From positions 2,633,019-2,697,018 of the forward strand of contig OZ251537.1 of NCBI GenBank assembly GCA_965243285.1: 64,000 nucleotides of DNA, read 5' to 3'. Source of the DNA: Candidatus Poriferihabitaceae bacterium (lineage in GTDB: Bacteria; Pseudomonadota; Gammaproteobacteria; Arenicellales; Poriferihabitantaceae). Position 1 is the stretch's first letter; the number at the start of each line of letters is the position of its first letter. Below the pieces are notes generated by a model. The model did not search any database, had not been told where the DNA came from, and saw only the letters and a list, made by a program, of their open reading frames with translations. Shown in pieces: positions 1 through 8,796 of the stretch. The position numbers and the translations under genes are program-made.

Positions 1-716
1 CCGGCCAGTAAATCCGCCAAACTGCCGCCGTGGGCGGTGGCGATGAGCGAAGTGCCCTCCAGCGCGCCGCGAAAATCCACCTCGAGGGGGGAATCCGGCC
101 CGCCGCTGCTCGCCCGGGCGTGCTGAATGTGGAGATTCCATTCGCGATGGGCGGTGGCGATGGTGATTTCCCCATGGCGAATATCGGCGCGCGCCACTTG
201 CAGCCAGTCCGGCAACGCATAGCCGGCGCCGCCCGGCGCGGCCCCGCGACTCATGTTATATACGCCGTCCGCATGGCGCTCGAGCCACAATTTCGGGCGT
301 TGCAAAACCACCTCCCGCAGCAAAATTTGACCGCCCAACAAGGCCCATAAATCCACCGCAAAACCAGCCCGCCCGACCTCGATGGCAGAAGCGTACCGCC
401 CCCACTCGGCATTCGGGTAGCGCACGCCATCGGCATACACCCGCAGCCGCACATTACCCAGCCCGAACGCCCCCGGGGTGGTTTGCACGGCCAATTTTAG
501 GTCGCCTTCGATATGTAGCGGGCGGCCGGTGCGCGCCTCCACGGCATCGCTGAGCCACCGCTTGTAATACGCTTGGTCGATAAACAACGCCGCCATCGCC
601 GGCGCCAGCGCCAGCAGCGCGAGCAACGCCAGCGCCGCCGCCAGCGTCCATTTCAGCGCCTTTTTGAGGCCCGGCCATGGCCCGGCGGCGGCCTCCGGCC
701 GGGGGGTTGGAAGCAA
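1..716 (-). CDS. AsmA-family outer-membrane assembly protein, N-terminal part (runs off the window)
   Basis: Not in the ORF track because it has no stop in the window. My minus-strand translation from a TTG at 716 (3 nt after the argC stop, same frame) gives ...GLKKALKWTLAAALALLALLALAPAMAALFIDQAYYKRWLSDAVEARTGRPLHIEGDLKLAV... and stays open to position 3. A signal-anchor followed by an AsmA-like N-terminus. The start codon is uncertain. Confidence 0.5.
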   Translation of the reverse strand, partial: MLPTPRPEAAAGPWPGLKKALKWTLAAALALLALLALAPAMAALFIDQAYYKRWLSDAVEARTGRPLHIEGDLKLAVQTTPGAFGLGNVRLRVYADGVRYPNAEWGRYASAIEVGRAGFAVDLWALLGGQILLREVVLQRPKLWLERHADGVYNMSRGAAPGGAGYALPDWLQVARADIRHGEITIATAHREWNLHIQHARASSGGPDSPLEVDFRGALEGTSLIATAHGGSLADLLA

Positions 717-719
717 ACT

Positions 720-1769
720 TTAAGGAACCAGCGCCAAGGCGGTCAAACCGTCGGTTTCGCGCAGATTGAACATCAAATTCATGTTCTGGATGGCTTGACC
801 GGCGGCGCCCTTGACCAAATTGTCCTCCACCACCAGCACCACCACGGTGTTGCCCGGCGGACGATGCACGGCGATGCGGCACATGTTGGCGCCGCGTACG
901 CTGCGCGTGTCGGGGTGCGCGCCGAGCGGCAACACATCGACAAACGGCTCGGCGGCGAAGCGCTGGGCGTAGATTTCGCGCAAGTCGGCGGCGCTCAAAT
1001 GGCGCGCTGCCGGCGTTAAGCGACCATACAAGGTGGCGTGGATGCCGCGAATGATCGGCAGCAAGTGGGGGGTGAACACTAAATCCACCGCCTGCCCGGC
1101 CAGGTGGGTCAACTCTTGGACGATTTCCGGCTGGTGGCGATGCCCGGAGGCCGCATAGGCCTTGAAGGAATCCGCGGCTTCGCCCAAGGCGGTGGCCACA
1201 TTGGCGGCGCGGCCGGCGCCGGAGACGCCGGATTTAACATCGGCGATGAGGGCGGCGGGGTCGATTAAGCGGTTTTCCAGCAACGGCAGATAGCCGAGCA
1301 GCACGGCGGTGGGGTAGCAGCCGGGATTGGCCACCAAACTGGCGCCGCCCAACCGCGCCCGCTGGGTTTCCGGCAGCCCGTAGACGGCTTGGGGCAATAA
1401 CTCCGGACAGGCATGCGGCTGGCCGTACCATTGCGCCCACAGCTGCGCGTCCTGCAGGCGAAAATCCGCCGATAAGTCGATCACTTTCGCGCCGGCGGCG
1501 AGCAACTCAGGCGCGCAACCCATGGCGACGCCGCTGGGGGTGGCGCAGAACACCACCTCGCACTGCCTAAGTTCGGGGCTATCCGGGGCGATGAAGTTGA
1601 GGTCTACGGCGCCGCGCAGAAACGGAAATTCATCCGCCACCGCCTGCCCGGCCTGGGCGCGCGAGGTGATGCAAACCGGCTGCGCATGCGGGTGGCGCGC
1701 CAGCAAGCGCAATAATTCCATGCCGGCGTAGCCGGCGCCGCCGAGGATGCCGGCCTTGATTTGCTTCAT
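720..1769 (-). CDS. argC: N-acetyl-gamma-glutamyl-phosphate reductase
   Basis: ORF 720..1787. [23 protein letters not shown] Rossmann N-terminus, GCYPT active-site region, full-length ArgC-like. The ATG at 1769 is preferred over the TTG at 1787. Confidence 0.9.
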   Translation of the reverse strand: MKQIKAGILGGAGYAGMELLRLLARHPHAQPVCITSRAQAGQAVADEFPFLRGAVDLNFIAPDSPELRQCEVVFCATPSGVAMGCAPELLAAGAKVIDLSADFRLQDAQLWAQWYGQPHACPELLPQAVYGLPETQRARLGGASLVANPGCYPTAVLLGYLPLLENRLIDPAALIADVKSGVSGAGRAANVATALGEAADSFKAYAASGHRHQPEIVQELTHLAGQAVDLVFTPHLLPIIRGIHATLYGRLTPAARHLSAADLREIYAQRFAAEPFVDVLPLGAHPDTRSVRGANMCRIAVHRPPGNTVVVLVVEDNLVKGAAGQAIQNMNLMFNLRETDGLTALALVP

Positions 1770-1856
1770 GTCGACGGACGCGGGCAAGTGCGGCGGGTTA
1801 AGCGGCCTTATCTACCATAAAAGGGCGGCGAGCGACGGCGCGATTACACTGCCTAC

Positions 1857-1916
1857 CCGGCGCCGGGGCGCCGGGGCGCCGGGGCGCCGGGGCGCCGGGA
1901 CGCCGGGGCGCCGGGC
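1857..1916. repeat. about 7 tandem copies of an 8-bp unit CGCCGGGG in the argC/yggS divergent intergenic region
   Basis: Read directly: cgccgggg repeated from 1861 with one variant copy (cgccggga). Confidence 0.9.
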
Positions 1917-2179
1917 GTGGGCATGCTGGACGAAAGTGGCGGCGAGGTGGTTGGTAAGCGGTGGCGGCGGCTAAAATTTGCGCGCCGCGGCTTAATCTTG
2001 GCACCACTGATTTTGCCCATGGTAGTCGGCCAAGGAGCGTCGCGCTTGGTTAAACTATACTACACGCGAACACTAGCGCGAACCTATTCAACACGCGCCT
2101 TATTTGGCGAGCAAGAACGCCGCTTGCCAAGTCCCCGTTGCCGAGTCCCCATTGCCGACCCCCCGTTGCCGAACCGAAA

Positions 2180-2881
2180 ATGCCGCCCACCGGATACCGA
2201 CAAGTCATCGAGGAAATCGCGCGCCTGACCGCCGTCTACCACCGTCCGCCCGGCGCGGTGAAATTGGTCGCCGCCAGCAAGCGCCGCACCGCCGCCGAAG
2301 TGACGGCGATGGCGCGCCTCGGGCAGCGCGACTTCGCCGAAAACTACCTGCAAGAGGGGGTGGAAAAAATCCAGCAAACGGCGCCGCGCCGACGCGGCGA
2401 ATCAGCGGCCGAGGCTCTGTGCTGGCACTTCATCGGCCACATCCAAAGCCGCAAATGCGCCGCCATCGCGGCCAATTTCGATTGGGCGCATACCGTGGAG
2501 CGCTTAAAAGTCGCCCGTAAACTCAGCCAACACCGCTGCGGCGCGCCGCTGAATGTACTCATCCAGCTCAATCTGCACGGCGAACACGCGAAATCCGGCG
2601 TCCGCGAAGCAGCCTTACTGCCCCTCGCCGAGGGCGTCGCTCAGCTGCCCAATCTCGCCCTGCGCGGCCTGATGATTATCCCCCCCGTAGAACCCGATGT
2701 GACCAAACAACGCGCCGTATTTCGCCGCTGTCGCCAATGGCGCGATGCGCTGAACGCGCGCGGTTACGCCTTAGACCACCTTTCCATGGGCATGAGTGCC
2801 GATATGGAAGCCGCCATCGCCGAAGGCGCCACTATGGTGCGCCTCGGCACCGCCCTATTCGGCCCGCGTCCGAGCGACTAG
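2180..2881 (+). CDS. yggS: YggS-family pyridoxal-phosphate homeostasis protein
   Basis: ORF 2138..2881. VKLVAASKRRTAAEV, WHFIGHIQSRK and MGMSADMEAAIAEGATMVRLGTALFG are YggS/PLPBP hallmarks. Conserved yggS-proC-yggT order. The internal ATG at 2180 is preferred. Confidence 0.85.
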   Translation: MPPTGYRQVIEEIARLTAVYHRPPGAVKLVAASKRRTAAEVTAMARLGQRDFAENYLQEGVEKIQQTAPRRRGESAAEALCWHFIGHIQSRKCAAIAANFDWAHTVERLKVARKLSQHRCGAPLNVLIQLNLHGEHAKSGVREAALLPLAEGVAQLPNLALRGLMIIPPVEPDVTKQRAVFRRCRQWRDALNARGYALDHLSMGMSADMEAAIAEGATMVRLGTALFGPRPSD

Positions 2882-3010
2882 CCGGCTAAGGCCGCGGACT
2901 GGCTCGCCGACTAACCTGAATTAACCGGCCCATGAATCCTACATTAATGTATGGTTTGGAAAAACGCGCGCCGCTAGCCAGGCGCGGGTGTTGAGACGCC
3001 GATAACGCCG

Positions 3011-3952
3011 ATGCGCGCAGCGACGAAAATCGCCTTTATCGGCGGCGGCAATATGGCGAGCGGCTTGCTCGGCGGGTTGCTCAATGCCGGCTGGCGGGCC
3101 GGCGATTTATCCGCGGCCGACCCGAACCGCGAACAACGGCGGGCGTTGACGCGGCGTTTTGGCATCGAGTGTTTTGCCGACAACGCGCAGTGCGTGGCGC
3201 GCGCCGGGGCGCCCGGCGGCGCGAAAAGTCGCGCCGCGGAAAATGACGCGGCCACCAACAGCGTCGTAGTGCTGGCGGTGAAGCCGCAATTTCTGCGCCA
3301 AGCGATAGCGTCCATGGCCGCGGTGCTGCAAAAACACCAGCCGTTGCTGCTGTCCATCGTCGCCGGCATCCGCGCCGAATCCGTGCTGAATTGGGCCGGC
3401 GGCCCCTTGGCGCTGGTGCGGGCGATGCCCAATACGCCGGCGCTGATAAACGCCGGTATTTCCGGATTGTTCGCTTGCCAGCGGGTAACCCAACCGCAAC
3501 GCGACCTCGCCCAAGCCATCCTGATGGCGGTCGGCGAGACCGTATGGGTGCAGCGCGAAGCGCTGCTGGATGTGATAACCGGCATCTCCGGCAGCGGCCC
3601 GGCGTATTTTTTCAAACTGATGGAATTGTTAGCCAGCAGCGCCCGGGAAAACGGCCTCGACCAGAAAACCGCCCATGCGCTGGCGCAGGCCACCGCCACC
3701 GGGGCGGCGATGCTGGCGCAGTCTATGCGCGACCAGCGTGGCCTGACGCCGGCGAATTTGCGCCGCCAGGTCACTTCCCCCGGCGGCACCACCGAAGCGG
3801 CCTTGACCGCCATGGAAAATCTCGGCTTGGACCATGCAATCCAACAAGGCATCGCCGCTGCCATCGGGCGCGCCGCGGCCATCGCAGAACAATTCGGGGC
3901 TGAGCAAACCAGCGCCGACAAACCCACCCCCCAACCACCCGATTCCCTCTGA
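3011..3952 (+). CDS. proC: pyrroline-5-carboxylate reductase
   Basis: IAFIGGGNMASGLLGGL NAD(P)-binding N-terminus, RAMPNTPALI, SPGGTTEAAL motifs. Confidence 0.9.
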   Translation: MRAATKIAFIGGGNMASGLLGGLLNAGWRAGDLSAADPNREQRRALTRRFGIECFADNAQCVARAGAPGGAKSRAAENDAATNSVVVLAVKPQFLRQAIASMAAVLQKHQPLLLSIVAGIRAESVLNWAGGPLALVRAMPNTPALINAGISGLFACQRVTQPQRDLAQAILMAVGETVWVQREALLDVITGISGSGPAYFFKLMELLASSARENGLDQKTAHALAQATATGAAMLAQSMRDQRGLTPANLRRQVTSPGGTTEAALTAMENLGLDHAIQQGIAAAIGRAAAIAEQFGAEQTSADKPTPQPPDSL

Positions 3953-4521
3953 TGCCCCATTCCATGAACGCCTTGAGTTTCCTCGTAGACACCCTCATCG
4001 GGGCGTATTTTATCGTGGCCATCGCGCGTTTTTTGCTGCAAGCGTTGCGCGGCGATGCTGGCAACTCGCTGGTGCAAACCATCATCGCCATGACCAATCC
4101 GCCGCTGCGATTTCTGCGCCGCTGCATGCCCAATCTGGGCCGGTTGGATGCGGCCCCGGCGGTGCTCATGTTTATCCTCGGTTTCGCCAAATTGGCGCTG
4201 CCGCTGCTCATCGCCGGCGACGCCTTTAACTGGGGCGGCGCGGCCGCTTTAAGCGCCGCAAAAACCATCGATACCGTGGTGCGGTTGTTGCTGTTCGCGG
4301 TGCTGGCGCGCGTGGTATTGAGTTGGGTGGCGCCGCGCAACACGCACCCGGCGGCGCGGCTGGTGGGTGATTTGAGCGAGCCGCTGATGGCGCCGTGGCG
4401 CCGCCTTCTGCCGACGTTAGGCGGGTTGGATTTCTCCCCCATTGTGACCATCCTGGCCTTGCAATTAATCCAACAACTGGCGGTATCGCCGTTGCTCGCC
4501 TGGGCGAGAAGTCTATTATGA
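3952..4521 (+). CDS. yggT: YggT-family membrane protein
   Basis: Multi-TM 189 aa protein directly following proC (ATGA overlap). The duplicated YGGT-type hydrophobic repeat layout is typical. Confidence 0.8.
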   Translation: MPHSMNALSFLVDTLIGAYFIVAIARFLLQALRGDAGNSLVQTIIAMTNPPLRFLRRCMPNLGRLDAAPAVLMFILGFAKLALPLLIAGDAFNWGGAAALSAAKTIDTVVRLLLFAVLARVVLSWVAPRNTHPAARLVGDLSEPLMAPWRRLLPTLGGLDFSPIVTILALQLIQQLAVSPLLAWARSLL

Positions 4522-4582
4522 GTATGGATAAGCGTAGGTCGCCGGCCCGCTGGCGCCGCCTAAGCCCCGGACCGGGTAAATA

Positions 4583-5416
4583 ATGGCCATGACCGAATCC
4601 CCGAGCGCAGCCATGCCCGATGGCGTTTTATGGGAGGAGCAAATTCATGTCGCCGACTGCGTGGATTTTATGGGACAGCGCATGGCGGCGGAATCGGTGC
4701 ATTTGACCATCACCTCGCCGCCGTATGACGATTTGCGAAGTTATCGCGGCTATTGCTTCGATTTCGAGCGCATCGCCGCCGCCTTATGGCGCGTAACCCG
4801 GCCCGGCGGCGTGGTGGTGTGGGTGGTCGGCGATAAAATCAACGGCGGCAAAACCTTGAGCAGTTTTCGGCAAGGGTTGTTCTTCCAAAAAATCGGTTTT
4901 CAGATGCACGATGTGATGATTTATCAAAAAAAGAACACCCCCTTCATGCGCAAAAACGCCTACACCAATTGCTATGAATTCATGTTTGTGTTGAGCAAAG
5001 GCGCGCCCAAAACCTTCAACCCCATCAAAATAAAAACGGCGCGCAGCGGTTTTGAAATGCTCACCCACAACAAACTGCCCGACGGCGTGAACAAAAAAAT
5101 CCGCAAGGAATTAAAAAAAGAGAAAACCAAAACCAACATTTGGCAATACGCGGTGGGCTTAGGCGGCACCACCTCGGACAAAATCGCCTTCCAGCACCCG
5201 GCCGTTTTCCCCGAAAAATTAGCCGCCGAGCACATCATGTCATGGACTAACCCGGGCGATTTAGTGTTCGACCCCATGTGCGGCTCCGGCACCACTTGCA
5301 AGATGGCGGCGCTCGCCGACCGCCGCTGGCTCGGCGTCGATATCTCGCCAGAATACGCGCAAATCGCCCGTCAACGAATCAAACAATCAGCAGCCCAATC
5401 ATGGATAAAAAAATAA
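4583..5416 (+). CDS. beta-class N4/N6 DNA methyltransferase (SPPY catalytic motif)
   Basis: Motif IV TSPPYDD near the N-terminus, HPAVFPEKL, and SAM motif I FDPMCGSGTT near the C-terminus (circular order IV then I). PF01555-like architecture. Confidence 0.85.
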   Translation: MAMTESPSAAMPDGVLWEEQIHVADCVDFMGQRMAAESVHLTITSPPYDDLRSYRGYCFDFERIAAALWRVTRPGGVVVWVVGDKINGGKTLSSFRQGLFFQKIGFQMHDVMIYQKKNTPFMRKNAYTNCYEFMFVLSKGAPKTFNPIKIKTARSGFEMLTHNKLPDGVNKKIRKELKKEKTKTNIWQYAVGLGGTTSDKIAFQHPAVFPEKLAAEHIMSWTNPGDLVFDPMCGSGTTCKMAALADRRWLGVDISPEYAQIARQRIKQSAAQSWIKK

Positions 5417-5559
5417 CGCCAGGCACTTTTGTAATGTGCACTACCAACAAGGGTTATATGACCGAGCGAAATGGGAATGTCGCCGATTTTGAGACCCACT
5501 TCGATGTTTGCTCAATAGCTGAAGTGCGCAGCATAGGGCAAGTTCTAGGCTTTATGTAA
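5401..5559 (+). CDS. small hypothetical protein (52 aa) between the methyltransferase and the nuclease
   Basis: The ATG at 5401 overlaps the methyltransferase stop region (tcATGGATAAAAAAATAA), so it may be translationally coupled. No recognisable motif. AT-rich like the nuclease gene. Confidence 0.3.
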   Translation: MDKKITPGTFVMCTTNKGYMTERNGNVADFETHFDVCSIAEVRSIGQVLGFM

Positions 5560-5582
5560 TAGGAAAGCGCGAAGAATATGTT

Positions 5583-6020
5583 GTGCAAAATGCATGGTTT
5601 GAACACCTTGACCCACTAAAAACTGGGAAAGGCCATGCTAAGAAAATATGCAACATATGCCATGTAATCAAACCGCATGGCGAGTTTGCGGCCAATCAAC
5701 AAGATTCAAAGGGGCGAATAACAACCAGACCTAGTCGCAGAATATGCCGCAGAAATATCGACCATAAGCCAATGACTGCGTCCGCTAAGAAGAAAGCGAA
5801 CCTGCTAAAACCGAAAAAAGGAACATTGTGGAAATGCCCAATTTGTCAAAAGCAGTGCATTGTTGATGTAACAGCAAAAGTGGTTTTAGACCATCGCCAC
5901 ACGGATGGCGTATCTAGGGCGTTCTTGTGCGACAGTTGCAATACAGGGCTCGGTAGATTTAAAAATGGAGAAGACTATCTCCAAAATGCGATCACATACC
6001 TAAAAAATTTTGAGAAATGA
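5583..6020 (+). CDS. HNH / endonuclease VII-fold (beta-beta-alpha-Me) nuclease, candidate restriction endonuclease
   Basis: LDHRHTDGVSRAFLCDSCNTGLGRF matches the DHxH..G..RG.LC..CN..LG core of Endonuclease_7/HNH. Additional CxxC pairs (CNIC, CPIC) suggest zinc sites. GTG start. Adjacent to the methyltransferase. Visibly AT-rich. Confidence 0.7.
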   Translation: MQNAWFEHLDPLKTGKGHAKKICNICHVIKPHGEFAANQQDSKGRITTRPSRRICRRNIDHKPMTASAKKKANLLKPKKGTLWKCPICQKQCIVDVTAKVVLDHRHTDGVSRAFLCDSCNTGLGRFKNGEDYLQNAITYLKNFEK

Positions 6021-6063
6021 TCACATAGAGAATCTTAGAGCAATAAGCAATTAATCGCCATGG

Positions 6064-7641
6064 TCATTGCGCTAATCGCATCTGGTCGGTGATGTCGAGG
6101 CGGCGGGCGGCTAACCAAATCAACACCAGCGCCGGGGCGCCCAATACGGTGGTTAATACGAAAAATGGGGCATAGCCCAAAGATTCCACCATGGCGCCGG
6201 AATAGCCGCCGAGGGCTTTGGGCAGCAGCGTCATCAGCGAGGTGAACACCGCAAACTGCACCGCGGTGAAGCGGATGTTGGTCAGCGCCGAGAGGAAGGC
6301 TACGAAGGCGGCGCTGGCCAATCCGGCCGACAGGTTGTCGGCGCTGATGACCAAATACAGCATGAACAAGTTATTGCCGACTGAGGCCAGGGCGAGGAAC
6401 AGCAAGTTGGTGGCGGCCGCCAGACAGCCGCCGAGGAAGAGGATTTTCATCACTCCGTAGCGAAAGGCGAGCGCCCCGCCGAGGAATCCGCCGGCGATGG
6501 ACATCAACAGTCCATAGGTTTTTGACACCGTGGCGATTTCGATTTTAGTGAACCCCAAATCTTGATAAAAAACATTGGAAATGACGCCCAATACGATGTC
6601 GGACATTCGATACACGCCGATGAGCGCCAGCAGCAGCCACGCGGTGGCGCGCCCATGGCGGTGGAAAAAATCCATCACCGGCTGCGCGTAACTTTGCGAC
6701 ACCACCGCCACGCTCACCCAGCCTAATCGAATCAAAACCAGACACACCAGCGCCGCGGCCGCCAAGGCCGCCGCCAACCGCAACACCGCCACCGCCAAAC
6801 CAGCCAAGGCGACGTTGCCCACCGCCGCCGCCAGATAGGTTTTGGCCATCGCGGCGAACTCGACCGTGGCCACATAGGCGGCCACAAAAATGCCTACCGA
6901 GCATACGAACATGCCGAGTAATTGCGCCGTTTGTCGGGCCGGCTGGGGGGCTGATTCGCGCGCTGGCGCCGCGGGCTCGGCTATCGTAAAAACCGTGAGT
7001 ACGCCGACGCCCATGGCCGCCGCCATCCACAAATAGGCGCCACGCCACGCCGGGTAGTGGTAATGGTCGGCCACCGAGCCGTAATGGCTGGCCAAAAACA
7101 GCGCCCCGGCGCCGGCCACCAACATGCCCATGCGATAGCCGGCGATGTAGGTGGATGACATCAGCGCCTGCAAACGCGGGGGCGCGGATTCGATGCGATA
7201 GGCGTCGATGACGATGTCTTGGGTGGCGGCGGAAAACCCCAGCAGCACGGCAAATAGCGACATGGCGACTAAGGCCGGCCGCCCGCTGGCTGGGTCTTGC
7301 CACGCCAGGCCGATGATGGCGGCGATAATCAGCGCTTGGGAGAGCAGCATCCAACTGCGCCGCCGCCCGAGCCACGCCCCCACCTTCGGCAACTGCCAGG
7401 CATCCACCAACGGCGCCCAGACGAATTTAAATGAATACCCGAGCGCGGCCCAACTAAACATCGTCACCACCGAGCGCCCTACCCCGGCCTCGCGCAGCCA
7501 CAACGATAACGAGGAAAATATCAACAACAACGGCAGCCCGGCGGAAAAACCGAGAAACAGCATGGTGATGACGCGCCGATGAAAAAACGCGACCACGGTA
7601 TCGCGCCACTGCGATGAGGTTTGGGGGGAGGCTGTGGGCAT
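6064..7641 (-). CDS. ampG: AmpG-family MFS muropeptide permease
   Basis: ORF 6064..7848. MLFLGFSAGLPLLLIFSSLSLWLREAG and a multi-TM MFS body are typical of AmpG. The first 69 codons of the track ORF look non-coding, so the ATG at 7641 is preferred. Confidence 0.8.
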   Translation of the reverse strand: MPTASPQTSSQWRDTVVAFFHRRVITMLFLGFSAGLPLLLIFSSLSLWLREAGVGRSVVTMFSWAALGYSFKFVWAPLVDAWQLPKVGAWLGRRRSWMLLSQALIIAAIIGLAWQDPASGRPALVAMSLFAVLLGFSAATQDIVIDAYRIESAPPRLQALMSSTYIAGYRMGMLVAGAGALFLASHYGSVADHYHYPAWRGAYLWMAAAMGVGVLTVFTIAEPAAPARESAPQPARQTAQLLGMFVCSVGIFVAAYVATVEFAAMAKTYLAAAVGNVALAGLAVAVLRLAAALAAAALVCLVLIRLGWVSVAVVSQSYAQPVMDFFHRHGRATAWLLLALIGVYRMSDIVLGVISNVFYQDLGFTKIEIATVSKTYGLLMSIAGGFLGGALAFRYGVMKILFLGGCLAAATNLLFLALASVGNNLFMLYLVISADNLSAGLASAAFVAFLSALTNIRFTAVQFAVFTSLMTLLPKALGGYSGAMVESLGYAPFFVLTTVLGAPALVLIWLAARRLDITDQMRLAQ

Positions 7642-7901
7642 GGGGGGCGGGTCGGTTTGGGGTGGATTCAGGCAGAATTCGATGAAAATTTCGCTGGAAA
7701 CAGCGGAATGTAGCGGAATTAGGTCGGATTGCAGTGAATTTGAGTGAGATTCAGGTGGATTTGGGCAGATTCGAGTGATTCGACTAGATTCGCCTGAATT
7801 CGCGAGCGCTTGGGATTCGGTCGGCGGCCGTGAAACGCGGCGATTCAATTATAATGCCGGTCAATGGCGAGCCCGCCGTGGCTAACCGCGTCCGGCGCAC
7901 C

Positions 7902-8001
7902 GCATGTTCGCCCATCCCCATTCCCATGAGCAAAACTGCCCGTGCGGTACTGCCGCATGTCCGGATGCATGTTCGCCCATCCCCATTCCTATGAGCAAAA
8001 C
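7902..8001 (+). repeat. 35-bp direct duplication (7902-7936 and 7967-8001, 1 mismatch) that includes the pyrE start codon region
   Basis: gcatgttcgcccatccccattcc[c/t]atgagcaaaac is seen twice, 65 bp apart. Confidence 0.9.
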
Positions 8002-8719
8002 CGACATGAATCCACCCCCATCGGCGCATTCCAAAGCCGAATTTGTCGAGTTATGCATCAAAAATCGGGCACTGTGTTTTGGCCAGTTCACGCTGAAATC
8101 CGGGCGCGTCAGCCCGTATTTTTTCAACGCCGGATTATTCAATCGCGGCCTGATGTTAGGTCAACTGGCCGAACATTATGCGCAACTCATCGCCACCCAC
8201 ACCGACGGCGATTTCATGTTGTACGGCCCGGCCTACAAGGGCATCCCGCTGGCGGCGGCGGTGGCGGTGAAATTGGCCGAGCAACACGGCCGCGATGTCG
8301 GCTACGCATACAACCGCAAGGAAGCCAAAGACCACGGCGAAGGCGGGCGCATGGTCGGCGCCCCGTTGCGCGGTCAGGTGGTGATTATCGATGATGTCAT
8401 CACCGCCGGGACCTCCATTCGCGAGTCGGTGGCGAGCATATGGGCCGCCGGCGCGAGGCCGCATTCCGTAGCACTGGCTTTAGACCGCCGCGAACGCGCC
8501 GGCGGCGAAGGTGATGCGGCGGCGAACTCGCCCGCATTGCCCGCATTATCCGCCGCCCAGCAAGTGGCGCGCGAGCACGGCATTGCGGTGCGCGCCATCA
8601 TAAACCTGGATGATTTGGTGGATTACCTCGAACCAGCGCCGACTGACCCGGCGCCGACCGCCATCCCCTACGCCGCCGCCATCCGCGCCTATCGCGACCG
8701 CTACGGCATACCGGGTTAA
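7991..8719 (+). CDS. pyrE: orotate phosphoribosyltransferase
   Basis: FGQFTLKSGRVSPYFFNAG, YKGIPLAAA and the PRPP-binding VVIIDDVITAGTS motif. The start is ambiguous (in-frame ATGs at 7904, 7991 and 8006). Confidence 0.9.
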   Translation: MSKTDMNPPPSAHSKAEFVELCIKNRALCFGQFTLKSGRVSPYFFNAGLFNRGLMLGQLAEHYAQLIATHTDGDFMLYGPAYKGIPLAAAVAVKLAEQHGRDVGYAYNRKEAKDHGEGGRMVGAPLRGQVVIIDDVITAGTSIRESVASIWAAGARPHSVALALDRRERAGGEGDAAANSPALPALSAAQQVAREHGIAVRAIINLDDLVDYLEPAPTDPAPTAIPYAAAIRAYRDRYGIPG

Positions 8720-8796
8720 TGGCACCGGGGTTTAATGACCGCCCTACTCCGCCAGCGCCCAAAAAATTCGGGAAATATCGAAAAAATCCAAAAAAA

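Noticed and set aside
2974-4077. 367-aa ORF antisense to proC, and many similar long ORFs in the track (for example 12390-13064, 15555-16226, 43350-44030, 46543-47265, 28222-28809).
   Set aside because: They lie opposite strongly supported conserved genes and translate to Arg/Ala/Gly/Pro-rich low-complexity sequence with no motifs. They are typical shadow ORFs of GC-rich DNA.
5401-6020. Whether the 52-aa ORF and the HNH nuclease ORF are one gene split by a frameshift (pseudogene).
   Set aside because: They are in different frames and separated by TAA and TAG stops and a 23-bp gap. Without homologues I cannot show that a single ancestral ORF existed, so they are kept as separate calls.
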